A DNA stretch of 63,514 bases, counting the filler, from Octopus bimaculoides (lineage: Eukaryota), in NCBI RefSeq assembly GCF_001194135.2. It is 6 parts of 6 records of this genome, joined end to end, with 100 filler letters (N's around TTAATTAATTAA, not from the genome) between each part and the next. Parts side by side here need not be neighbours in the genome. Positions count along the whole stretch, not along the records: positions 39,278 to 54,061 come from NC_068991.1; 5 more parts are not named here. One strand, given 5' to 3'. Shown one piece after another: positions 40,882 through 52,898 of the stretch. The notes under the pieces were generated by a model, which did not search any database, had not been told where the DNA came from, and saw only the letters and a program-made list of their open reading frames with translations. A program made the position numbers and the translations under genes. How positions within the stretch are numbered: the stretch's first letter is position 1; each line of letters starts with the position of its first letter.

Positions 40882-41377
40882 AGCAAGTTTATCGGTATCG
40901 TTGACAAGCAGTGAGTGTCGTAGTTCAGTACAGAAAGCAATTAGTTTATGTAAAACCCTGAGTGTTACTATAACAAGTAGCTCCAACTGGTTGGCAACAT
41001 TTGCACAGTCTTGTAGTAACATATTCACAGAACTAGATACTGAGTCCATAGAACTTTCCGATGAGCTCCCCGATTTCCCATTGTTTCCGCTTGTCAAAGA
41101 GTCACACAGGTCGGTGCTTGATGCAATCAGGTTTGTTGACAGTTGGTCACAATAGTGGCCAAGGTAATCTGCCAATAAAGGAATGAGCTGCAGCAAAAGA
41201 TTCAGAGAGTTTTGTGAAGGATCACTACTTCGGCTAGTAGACATCTCCTGTTGATTGGTTGGAGAACAGTCAGTGATTAATAGCTGAGACAAGCCATGGA
41301 TTGCAAGGTTGAGATTCGAGGAAGAGACCATATCCTTTTTGTTTCTAGAATCCATAATATTCCGAAGATCTGACATA
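40882..41377 (-). CDS. ATRIP: ATRIP coding exon 5
   Basis: tttctcctttcag|T ATG TCA..., 496 nt, phase 2 to 0, donor GCT|GTGAGT. NLAIHGLSQLL, LLQLIPLLADYLGHYC and VTLRVLHKLIAFC align with human LAFTGLNLV, VHFLPLVQFFIGLHC and TALSILQHLVCH. Confidence 0.85.
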
Positions 41378-41694
41378 CTGAAAGGAGAAAAAGTGATGAT
41401 TAATTACTGGGTAATACAATAATAACAACACGATCACCAATCCCCACCATAAATAACAACTGTTGCCAGTATTCAATATAAGTTTTCTGCTTGAGGATAA
41501 TGCCGTACATGGATGAATTGTTTCTTATTGAAGCATCTTATGTATTCCGGCTTCTTTCTCTCCTTTGCCATCAGCCTTAAGAGGCAATATAGAAAGGATC
41601 ACGGATGCTGCCCTCCCACCTCTTATTAAGCCATAAAAGAAAATTGAAACAAAAACAAAAGGTACTTTTAATTTGTTATTACATGTTTATGTTA

Positions 41695-41856
41695 GGTGCT
41701 GGCTTGAGTGAGTGGTTATGAACTTCACTTGGCAACCTTGTGGTTTTGGATTCAATCTCACTGAGTGGCACCTCAGGCAAATGTCTTCTATATTACAGTC
41801 CTGGACTGATTGAAGCCTTGTGAGTAGATTTGGTAGACAGAAACTGAAAGAAACCC
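41695..41856 (+). mobile_element. SINE family A copy in an ATRIP intron
   Basis: GGCACCTCAGGCAAATGTCTTCT...AAGCCTTGTGAGTAGATTTGGTAGACAGAAACTGAAAGAAACCC. Confidence 0.8.
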
Positions 41857-42820
41857 AGTGTGCTTGTTTACATTTGTGCTGATCTGAAAATTTCTGAGCT
41901 ATGAGCAATGACATCATTTTCCTTCCTCATCAACAAATTGTTCATTAGTTTTTTACTTTTCATGACATGTGGAAAATGTGGATGATTTGGAAAATTGCTA
42001 AGTGTTAGCAACAGAAAAGGCACACAGCTGTATAACAATGTTTTAATAATATGCTGGCATGGAAAACTCATCAATATCATCTTTGGTTTAACCTTTTTGT
42101 TACTATATAAATTTTGAGATGCTCTGTGTTTCATTCAATCAATTTTAAATATAACAAAGAATTTAGTAAAATAACTTATCATTAAGCAAGTACTAGGAAC
42201 ATAAATTGTAACTAAGGTTTGGTGGAGGATTTGAAAACAAGACATTTGTACTAGAGCCAGAAGTGGTTTCAACCAGGTTGGTATTGAAAGGGTTAATGTT
42301 CAATTTTCCATGCTTGCATGAGTAAGACGGAATTCGTTGAAGCAAATATTTTCTACAGCTAGATGCCACTATTGTCATCAACCCTCAACTGTCTCCAAGC
42401 AAGGTAATATTTTTCCACAGGCTGATATATTTGTCATGGAAAACTGTAGAATGCTCATTTACAATCATCACAAGATGTCAAAACAAGGGTACGTGCATTG
42501 ACAGATACATATATTCAACAGGCTTCTTTCAGTTTCCATCTACCAAATCTAGTCAGCCCAAGGCTATAGTAGAAAACACCCAATGTGCCAGGCAATGGTA
42601 CTGAACCTGGCTGAGAAGCAAACTTCTTAAAACACAACCACACCTGTGCCTAAAATCACAAACAAAAACAAATTTCTATTTTAAAAACAAAAATAAACTC
42701 CAAATAATGAGATAAACCCAGAGCCAACTGACCTGACCTTACTACCTCCAAATGAACTAAGTCCAGTACAAGCATCTATACAGATTTTCACAAGAAGAAA
42801 AAAAATCCTATATCACATAC

Positions 42821-43007
42821 CTTTTAGATTTTTGTTTCAGAAGAAAACTTGTGGAATCTCGGGAGAACTTTAGACCTGCAAAATCCTGGGTTGAGTGAAG
42901 TTGTAGTAGTTGTATAATGCCACTATTAAAGCAAGATGACATTGTATATTTGTCACTTAAAGTGTCTTGTACCAATTTTGATGTTAACTGTGAACCAGTT
43001 AGTTTTC
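42821..43007 (-). CDS. ATRIP: ATRIP coding exon 4
   Basis: ttttgtttcctgacag|...AAAAG|GTATGT, 187 nt, phase 1 to 2, open (G)KLTGSQLTSKLVQDTLS...GIIQLLQL. GSQL..KL resembles human GSILINLLL. Confidence 0.8.
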
Positions 43008-44029
43008 CTGTCAGGAAACAAAATGATGTACAAAAAGAAATTTAGGTCCATGCATTTGTGATCTATATTAATGGCACTTAATAAATCCCAGGAAAAATGT
43101 GAAATAAATATAGAAAAAAGAGAGTTGATTTTGGTAGGATTTCAAATAAGGACAGTGACCTACTAATTTAATCAGACACACTACTTTTTCAGACATTTTC
43201 ATATCTCAGATAACTCATTTCTAACATCAGCACAAATCCAAAGATTTTTAGGGGGGGTTACATTTAATTAAATTGACCTTACGACTTGATGGATACTTTA
43301 TTTTATTGACACTGGAAGGATAAAATGCAACACTGACTTTAGCAGGATTTGAACTCAGAATATGTATGGCAATAAATAAACACTGCAATGTATCTGACAT
43401 CTTAACAACTCTGCCACATAGTTGATTAATGTAGAGAGCAATAATAAAAAAACAAACAAAAAACCCCCTGAACTAGAAATATATATACATATATGTAGAT
43501 AGATGGGTAGACAGACAGACAGAGATGAACACAAACTAGTTCTAAAACATTTGATGTACACAGTATTAAAAAGTTAACTAGATATATGTGGTGAGACAAA
43601 GAGAAGGTTAGATAAGCAGACAAATTAGTCATCCTCCTTCTCCTTATCATCATCATCATTTAATGTCTGTTTTCCAATGCTGGCACAGGTTGAATGATTT
43701 GACAGGATCTGGTGTGCTGCAGGACTATGCTGAGATTCAGTATCAGCTTTCGCATGTTTTCATTGGCTGGATGCCCTTCCTAATGTCAACCCCTTTACAG
43801 TGTGCACTGAGTGCCTGTCTTTGTGCCACTGGCACTAGTGGGATCACTAGTAGGTTGCAAGACAGAAAGACAATAAAAAGGGCAACAAAATAGAAAAGGA
43901 AAAAAAAAAATCCATGTAGGGGGATGGGGGGTATTAGGGAGGGAGAGGTGGCTGGAACCACAGAGAGATAGAGAGATAAGTTAGTGTTAAGATATATAAT
44001 ACATTAACATGAATTAAAACATCACTTAC

Positions 44030-44101
44030 CATGATGTAAATGTACATTTAAGATTTTCTTTCTTCTATTGCTGTATGTAGAACTGCACACACTCTCTGAA
44101 G
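44030..44101 (-). CDS. ATRIP: ATRIP coding exon 3
   Basis: tcttttattcag|...G|GTAAGT, 72 nt, phase 1 to 1, open frame (T)SESVCSSTYSNRRKKILNVHLHH(G). Confidence 0.75.
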
Positions 44102-44668
44102 CTGAATAAAAGACAGGAAAGAGATAAAATGTTATTGAAAGCAAAATATGTAAAAGGCTATAACACTCCAACTGGCATAGTTCAATATAAGTTAAGAGTC
44201 ACTGAAATTTCAAGAGTTCTCTTCTTTGGTCATTCTAATATCTTTTTTTTTATTAATGATGATTTTTTTACACACTAATTTCAATTAATTAAAAACAATA
44301 TCTAATTTACCACCTCATGTATGGTAGTCTGCACTGAGCTCTTTTTCTCTCTTTTGATATATGTGTGTCTGTGTACATGCATACACAAACACATATATGA
44401 GAAAGATCATCACTGGTTATTAAATAGTGCTTCTGACAGTAGTTTTTTAAGCCTTACAACAAAAGTTGTATATCATTTTAACATGGAATTGAATCTGAAA
44501 TCACATGGTTTCGAAGCAAACTCCTTAACCATACAGGCATGCATGTGTACATAATATTAATAAACTGGTGCTACAAGGAGCACCACTATGCTCAACAGAG
44601 ATGTTCAAAGACAAAGATATTTAGCACCCAAATAAATATCAAAATCTTCAGGAAATAATTTGACTTAC

Positions 44669-45101
44669 TGCTCTTTTGAGGGCTGATGGAAATCTTGCCA
44701 TTTCCTCTTGAACGAATATTATCAGCACTGAGGATGGAATCATCTGATGGAAATTTTTTCTGTGGAGAAGGTTTCTCCACTAAAACCCGACGTACTTTAG
44801 AACTACCAGCATAATAGCTACTGGTTGTTGCTGACTGTGGAGAAGCAGCACCACTGGCAGCAATGCTGCTTTTAACATTAAGCAACGAATCTTTCAAGTG
44901 CATAATTTCTTGTTCTTTAAACTGCAGCTGCACATTTAAACGTTCAATCTCAGATTTCAAATGTTTTTCGCTTTCAGTTTTCTCTCGAACTTCTTGCTGA
45001 GTTTTGTCTTGTTGTAATTTTGATAATTTTTCTGTTTCTTTCTGTAGATCTGTACGTAGAATTTTAATTTCACCTTCTTTCAGATATAAATTTTGTTTAT
45101 A
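44669..45101 (-). CDS. ATRIP: ATRIP coding exon 2 (coiled coil)
   Basis: acttttcag|YKQNLYLKEGEIKILRTDLQKE...LNVQLQFKEQEIMHLK matches the ATRIP coiled coil (human IKNGEIKILRDSL...SELQFKDAEMNEL). Donor A|GTAAGT, 433 nt, phase 0 to 1. Confidence 0.9.
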
Positions 45102-45419
45102 CTGAAAAGTAGTGAAAAGAAAGTTTTGTTGAAAATTTCAATTTAAAATTTGCAGAATTTGAAACTCTATTAATCATTTAATTACAAAATTAAATTTCAT
45201 AATTATTCCAGTAATGATGTTTAAACATCTGCCAAAAAACAGAATTTTTATTTTCTCTAAGTCACACTGCTTCAATAAACTTGACATATCTCAATGAAAA
45301 ATAGTTTCAAACATGACATTTCTCCAACGAAAGATAGATTGATATAGAAAACTGCAATTAGGGATAATAATTTCTTGAGTAGTTATATCTGATTTCCACA
45401 GTAAAAGATACAGGTAAGG

Positions 45420-45575
45420 ATATATGGTTAAGAAGATTGCTTCCCAATCACATGGTTCTATGTACAGTCTCACTGTGTGGAACCTTTAGCAAGTGTCTTC
45501 TGCTATAGTCCTGGGCTGAACAACTGAGCAAAGCCTTGTGAGTAAATTTGGTAGACTGAAACTGCATGATAGCTT
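45420..45575 (+). mobile_element. SINE family A copy in an ATRIP intron
   Basis: TGGTTAAGAAGATTGCTTCCCAATCACATGGTTC...GCAAGTGTCTTCTGCTATAG...AAAGCCTTGTGAGTAAATTTGGTAGAC. Confidence 0.75.
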
Positions 45576-46543
45576 GTTATATATGTATATATGTGTGTGT
45601 GTGTGTGTGTGTATGTATCGACAACTGGTATTGGTTCATTTATGACCTTGTAACTTAGCAGTTCAGCAAAATAAACCAATAGAGTAAGTACCAGACTTGG
45701 AAAATAAGTACTGGGGTCAATTTGATTGGCTAAAACCCTTCAAGGCAGTGCTCCTGTAAGGCTACAATCCAAAGACTTAAACAAGTAAAAGAGGTATGTA
45801 GCAGGAACTTGTTCTGCAGTGGATGGTTTTCTAATCAACTGTGACTCTTATTTTGTATCATCCTAGATGGAACTGCTTCACCATGAAAGGCTCTTAGGGA
45901 AACCCTTGCACATAGTATCATGAACAGGAACATAATCTTTATCTAAACCCAGGCTAGGTGTCAACCGTAGTGATAAATTCTTTGAAGAGCAGAGTTTGTG
46001 ATTTGACAAGGTTTTCAAATCACAAATAATAATTTACAATGTGTTTTTGTTTGTAGTCACTCTGGCAGAGAGGACTGAAATGATAAATGAAGAAAGAATA
46101 GTTGGAGATGGTAAGTATAGGCGAGGAAAATGAAAGATCATAATTAAAGTGAGATTAGTGGGAGGTTTTTGTAATGGTTGCAATAACCAGTATTTTGATG
46201 AAAATGAAATACAAATTTACGTCATAAATTTTGCAAGAAATATATTATTACTTTGTTTTGAAAATTATATCTAAAAGGAAGAAAGAATGAGAACTTAAAT
46301 TATAAAAAACACTATATGTTGATTTTAAATGATGGAAGTTTACTCACTCACATGCACACACACTTATTTTAAACAGGCTTCAAGTCTTCACAAGGTTTTA
46401 GTTGGCCCTGAGGGACTGAACCCAAAACCATATGGCTCAGAAGCAATATTCTTGAGAGAGAGAGAGAGAGAGAGAGAAAGAGGGGGCAAGGAGAGAGAGA
46501 TGGAGACAGAGAGAAAAGTAACTGTACTATGTTAGAAACGAAC

Positions 46544-47104
46544 CTTTTTACTTTCTCTTCTTAAGAGTTGAAGTTCTTCAATTAATTTTTGATCAAGTGT
46601 GGTTTTATCACCTTTTGAGCTATCACTTTTCGGCCTGTGAAGACTAGAGCTGCTTGCAGAACTGTGGCTTGAATTACTGGAGTCATAGCTGGTTGTAGAT
46701 GAAACTGGGAATGTTGAAGAAGAGCTGGAAGTGGAAGAAGAACGTTGAACAAGCTTTGATACAGGTTGGTATGGGGCCACATCCTGTTTTGGAAATAAAA
46801 ACTGTGTATGAGATCCTGGCAAAACTCCAGGCGTAACAACTTTTGTTGCAACATTAGGAGCTTGTCCTTGATCAGGTTTCACAGAACTCGGTCCAGCTTT
46901 CACTGTATAAGCACTGGAAGCAGCATTATCAAGCTCGTTTAGTTCCTGTTGTGTAAGGGTCAGCTCTCCATCCCAATCATCTTCAAAGTCATTTTTGCTT
47001 TCATCTGAATCTTTCCTTCTCTTACTAGTGCTAGATTTATCTAACTGAGCTCTTTGATAGCAAAATTTTCGTTTTTGATTGGGTAAGGCTGGAGGCTCAG
47101 CCAT
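46544..47104 (-). CDS. ATRIP: ATR-interacting protein, first coding exon (ATG 47104; exon begins at acceptor 47162)
   Basis: MAEPPALPNQKRK...DDWDGELTLTQQELNELDNAASSAY resembles the ATRIP N-terminal acidic motif (human DFTADDLEELDTLASQA, from recall). Acceptor tttttcttgtag| at 47163, donor AAG|GTTCGT at 46543, phase 0. Confidence 0.85.
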
Positions 47105-48404
47105 CTAACTTCAGAGGCTGAGTGCAATCAAAACATACTGGGTAGGTGGTAAAAGAGCAAACCTACAAGAAAAACCAAAACAAAACAATGAAATAACAAA
47201 AGAAAATACTTTAAATTTTAGGTATCTGCAATAAACAATTACTTTGATTGGAGAAAGTTATAGCTAGCTGAGTTATTAAGATGCTAACTAAATTAGCTTT
47301 TAATAAGAGAGAGCATTTTCATTAATGAAAGGTTAAAAGATGAGTGTCAGTTCACTGCTGTAAAAAACAAGGGTATTGTAAAACAGTTCATTTTGGGTAG
47401 CTGAGCACTGTGGATGGCCACTAAAATATATTCTTTTTTGTAGCATAAGCAGAATTTTTGACTGATTGTTGACCTGTGTTGTGACATATCAATCTGTGAT
47501 AAGTGTAACATGGTTCAAAATTAAGCATACCGTGTTATCCTGGATCAGTGATGAATGAATCAGTAAGAAAGGATAGATGTATCATTGATGTAAGGGTTGG
47601 CAACAGGAAGGCATCTGGCCGCAGAAAATCTGTCGCAACAAATTCCATCTGACCCATGCAAGCATGGAAGAGTGGACATTAAATGATGATAATAGCATTC
47701 AGACAGAAGGTAGCTACATACACAAAAAAAAAGATTTAAAAAATCAGTTGATATATTGGTTAGTATATTCGAGGTTCCTACCCTTCGAAATGGATTGATA
47801 ATCACATCTTGCTGGTATTTTCCATTTCAAAGTTTTACAAGCCACTATATGAAATGTGAGACTCTATTGAACTTGATACCTTTGCCAAATTGTAACTTTG
47901 ACTGAGCTCCTAATCTCTCCACCTTCTACATTATTCGTAATAACATAAACTGTATCACCTTAAGCTGAACACCATTTCATATAAACTATACAAGCAGAGC
48001 CATTGAGGATGCCTTTGTATGATTGGTTGATCAACTAGAAATGATGTCAAATACCCTCAAATTATATTCTAGAGTTCCATCAAGGGCTAACCTGAAGTTA
48101 AACAACAAGACTCCACACAAGCTAGCATGAGATTCTATGTGATCACTTGGCCAGCAAAAAACAGCAGCCATATTTTACTCGAATTAACATACCCACTCCC
48201 ATCTTAGAAAAATACGGAAAGACAGACTGGGTAATCTGGATCTAGAGCAGCCATGGGCAAACGGTAGGCTGTGAGAGTTTATGAATGGCACACCTAATGC
48301 AAAATTACCTTTGATTTTTGTAGTAGAATAGCCTGTTTGATGATGAGTCATGTCTTGTGCAACTTGCTTCTCAGAAAAGGTTGCTCAGTGCCTGTTCTAG
48401 TGAT

Positions 48405-49790
48405 ATAAAAAGACTGCCAGAACTAGAGACAAAGTTTAGGGTGTGGAAGCAAGGTCTAGAATCGAAGGTCCTTAGGGTTAACCTAAAAAAACCCAAAGTC
48501 TTAGTAAGTAGGAAGGCTGACAAATCACAAAGCTCTTCAAGTAGATGGCCCTGTTCACTCTGTAGAAAAGGCATGGGTAGAAACTCCATATGGTGTACCT
48601 GGTGTAAGCTATGGACACATAAGAGGTGCAGTGATATCAAAGGAAGGTTAACCGGGAAGATAGTTTTTGTGTGTGACAGATGCACAGGGGCAATAAACAC
48701 TGAAGATGTACAGAAAACAGATTCCATCACATGCCAGGGGAAAAAACTAGAAGTAGTTGATAGCTTCCGTTACCTAGGCAACCAAGTCTGTAGTAGGGGT
48801 GGTTGCTTTGAGAGTGTAGTGGCTAGAATAAGAATAGCCTAGGCAAAGTTTAGGGAGCTCCTACCTCTGCTGGCAATTAAGGGTATCTCGCTCAGGATGA
48901 AAGGTAGACTGCATGATGCATGTATGTGAACTGCCATGCTACACGGTAGTGGAACATGGGCCATGACTGCTGAAGACATGCGTAGACTTGAAAGAAATGA
49001 AGCTAGTATGATCTGTTGGATGTGTAATGTCAGTGTGCATACACTACAGAGTGTGATGACCCTGAGAGAAAAGTTAGGCATAAGAAGCATCAAACGCGGT
49101 GGGCAAGAGAAATGACTGTGCTGGTATGGTCATGTGTTATGTAAGGATGAGGACAACTGTGTGAGGAAGCGCCACACCCTAACTGTGGAAAGAACCAGGA
49201 AGACATGGGATGAGATGATGAAGTGTGATCTTCGAACATTGGGCATCACAGAGGCAATGGCAGGAGACCTTTGGAGATATGCTGTGATTGAGAAGGCCCA
49301 GCAACAAAAGTGAGATCGCAACCATGGCTGATGCTAGTGTTGCATGTCCGGCCCATTTAAGAGTACTCTTGATGCATCAGGCAATATGATATGCTTGAGA
49401 AAACCTGTTGAGTCAAGTAAATTCAAAATCGTAGCTGTGGCCAGTACCTGCTGACTGTCTCTTGTTCTGGTGGCATGTAAAAAGTACCATCCGAACGTGG
49501 TCGATGCCAGGACCACCTGACTGGCTCCTGTGCCGGTGGCACATAAAAAGCACCATTCGAACATGCCACTGGCACAGGAGGCAGTACCCCCTGACTGGCT
49601 CCTGTGCCGGTGGCACGTAAACAGCACCCACAACACTCTTAGAGTGGTTGGCGTTAGAAAGGGCATCCAGCTGAAGAAACATTGCCAGATCAAATTGAAG
49701 CCTGGTGCAACCACTGGCTCTCCAGACCTCAGTCAAACCGTCCAACCCATGCCAGCATGGAAAACGGACGTTAAACGATGATGATGATGA
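48405..49790 (+). mobile_element. RTE-clade LINE, 5'-truncated, with 3' UTR and (GAT)n tail
   Basis: KVLRVNLKKPKVL, LEVVDSFRYLG, ARIRIA*AKFRELLPLL, CWYGHV, TWDEMMKCDL. The 3' UTR ends ...GGACGTTAAACGATGATGATGAT. Confidence 0.92.
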
Positions 49791-50820
49791 TAAGATCTGG
49801 AATGCTTCTGACCACAGGTCTTTATGATCAAAGCAGACCTCAGGTTAAACAATGCCTACTAAAAGATATATATATATATAATCTGCTACACATGTGAATA
49901 ATTTGAATTCATAGTTGCTTCAATCAACTTAGATCTAACAATAACATATCTAATTATATGTTAGATATTAATACATACACCTATTTGTCACAACCACCAC
50001 ACCTTCTGCCAGAATTGAGTCATTTGCTCAAAGATCTCAAGTTCAAACCTGTGCAGGTATTCTGTGGGTGTTTTTGCACATTACACTTTTTTCTATAACT
50101 GCAGTGTGGAAGATACGTGACAACTATTCAAAAACACACTAAGACTGTTAACTTAAACATTTATTATTGGTTATATGGTGACAAGGAGACATTGCATCTA
50201 ATTCGTGAGTAGCTAATACATGTCTTCTATGCCTAGCAGGTACATCTCTGGATCTTATTTCTATATTATCCCACTTTGTTGTGCCAGCAATTAAAAAGGA
50301 ATACGAGTTTGACTATCTTTGAATATATAAGCTGAGATAGGTTGCCATTCAATCCTGTCACGCATTCATTTCACACAATGAAACGGAATTAAGCAAAAAT
50401 CATTAAATTTTCAAGTCCTCATAGAATTCTACAGTACATTTCACATCATCATTTAACGTCTGTTTTCTATGCTGTCATGGGTTGGACTTTTTGACTGGAG
50501 ATGGTAAGGCCAGGGGCTGCACCAGGTTCCATTGTCTGTTCTGGCATTGTTTCTATGGCAGGATGCCCTTCCTAATGTTAACCACTCCACAGAAAGTACT
50601 GGGTGCTTTTTATGTGACACCAGCACCATTATCAATTCTGCCGTAGTAGACAGGTCTTCTGGTGTACAGCAAGGCACCAGATATCTGTCTTTTATCATCT
50701 TCTTTGTAAAGCTCAGTGTTTCGAGACTGGCCTTCAATACTTCATCCCAAGTTCCATCTCTTTGCTATAGCCATCAAAGTATTTGGGCATACCTATACTA
50801 GTATACTCCCACCCCAGACT

Positions 50821-51124
50821 TTGTTTCCTCATAACTTTCAGAAAAATGAGCATTTTTTAAAAGAAATTTTCAACAGATATCCTTCAGATGGTATGGATTA
50901 CAATTATATTGGACACACACACATTCTGACACATCATAGATTTGTCTACAAAACGAAATTTAGAAATTAAAATATTAATTGTTATGTGTCAGTATGCATT
51001 TGTGCGCACCAACCATTTTTGCTTCCCACATTAAATTCCGATATAATCGTAATCTATACAATCTGAAATATATTTACAAAACATTTTAAGAATATTTATT
51101 TTTCTGGAAGTTATGAGGAAACAA
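50821..51124. repeat. Fold-back (MITE-like) element with about 90-bp imperfect inverted arms
   Basis: TTGTTTCCTCATAACTTTCAGAAAAAT...TTCAGATGGTATGGATTACAATTATATTGGA pairs with TCCGATATAATCGTAATCTATACAATCTGAA...TTTTTCTGGAAGTTATGAGGAAACAA. Confidence 0.8.
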
Positions 51125-51928
51125 GGACGTGTGTGTGGGAGCACGTTTATGTAGGTAAACCGATATTTGAATGTGTGATTATGAAGTAGAGCGGAGCGAA
51201 GAAATGACTTCCTGGTTGTGTCATTGGTTCCCTACGCAAACATTATTAGCTTGGAATATTTTTCAGATCAAACTAGTGGAATTTGTCTAATGCACAACGT
51301 TGATTACTTTTTAAGGATACTAAATTAAGCTTGCTTTATCAACATTAATAAATGAGTTGAGATTAGAGATGTCAATATTCTTTCTACTATATGCACAAAA
51401 CCTGAATTTTGAGGGAAAAGGCTATTCGATTACATTAATCACAGAGTTTGGCTGGTACTTATTTCATGATGAAAGGCAAAGTGAACTTCGGCAGAATTTG
51501 AATTCAGAACGTGAAGACGGACGACGAAATGCTGCTATGCATTTTGTCCGGTGTGCTGACGATTCTGCCAGCACACCGCTTTTGAGATGATTGATATCAC
51601 CATAAATGTAGTTGATCATGTTGATTGATTTTGACATTAACATTATAACCCCAACAACGAGCGAACCTCTACACGGGGACTCGACCTGCTGGAAACAGCA
51701 GCTAAATTCCCCCATAAATCAAACCCTACTGTCTTTAATTAAAAATAAAAATAAACAAAAGAGAACACATTATATAATGTAGTCATATGTAATACTGTCT
51801 CATAAGGATGGACCGTCACGAATGGAACAGAATATCAGTTAATAACAAATAGTTTAGTCCTGTTACATAGAATGATCACCTTATTTCTGAGAAAGGTAGT
51901 TCAAGAAGAAATCGGTTGCATTGTGTGT

Positions 51929-51965
<37 letters not shown>

Positions 51966-52685
51966 TTGTTATGTGTCAGTATGCATTTGTGCGCACCAAC
52001 CATTTTTGCTTCCCACATTAAATTCCGATATAATCGTAATCTATACAATCTGAAATATATTTACAAAACATTTTAAGAATATTTATTTTTCTGGAAGTTA
52101 TGAGGAAACAAGGACGTGTGTACACATACACATATACATGCATGCACATACATTCCCACACATACCTACATACAATTTCTACAACAGAATCATTATAGTA
52201 ATATATTTAGTCATAAGCTAGATTTCCAATATAAGTAACAACAATATAAGACACGATTTTATCTGTAAACATAAATCATTGAATTAGGAAATACATGAAC
52301 AATAAAGTAAATTAAAACAATAACATGGAAATAAAAATTGTCTTCCGGTTAAAAAGATTTCGGAATAAGATAAATACTCATCCCAATAACAAGTTTATCG
52401 AATATTAAACATATTTTTTATCTGATACGAACCATTATTGATTAAAAGCGGCAACTTTGGACATTTTCCACGACAGAAGACAAACTAAAAACCAACATGT
52501 TGTAACGCATTGAATCATGGTTAGAAACTTTTTTTTTTTTAATATATAAAAAATGATAAGCTTAGTTTTTTAAATCAAATATAATTATGAAAAATTAGTT
52601 AAATAATTATTTTATTAAACATCTATATATATATATATTTTTAAAGGTCTCGTTGTGAGCGTGAAGTTCGTTGAGCAAGAGAAGC

Positions 52686-52898
52686 ATGGCGGCATTGTTA
52701 CGTTATTCGACGAGGTTAATTCGACCTCTAAGTAAAATACGTTCAGGTCATCGCCTTCCCTTGTCAGCAGCATTTATATCGACGTCCCCTAAAAATAAAG
52801 ATGTTATTACATCTTTGGATCCCATGATAAGAGAAAAAACTCCTGAACTAAAGGGACTTGAGAAACATTTCGAAAATCTTGATGAAAGTGACGACAAG
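52686..52898 (+). CDS. NDUFB11: Probable NADH:ubiquinone oxidoreductase ESSS subunit (NDUFB11), exon 1
   Basis: The Arg/Ser/Leu-rich, acid-free presequence MAALLRYSTRLIRPLSKIRSGHRLPLSAA looks like a mitochondrial targeting peptide. FISTSPKNKD resembles Drosophila NP15.6 AISTSPKKDE (from recall). Strong phase-0 donor AAG|GTAAGA at 52899. No exon 2 found; a join lies at 54062. Confidence 0.68.

Noticed and set aside
42739-42775. Exon-like segment (tatag|...AAG|GTCAGG) next to ATRIP coding exon 4
   Set aside because: It would need a 45-nt intron and gives a stop in the required phase.
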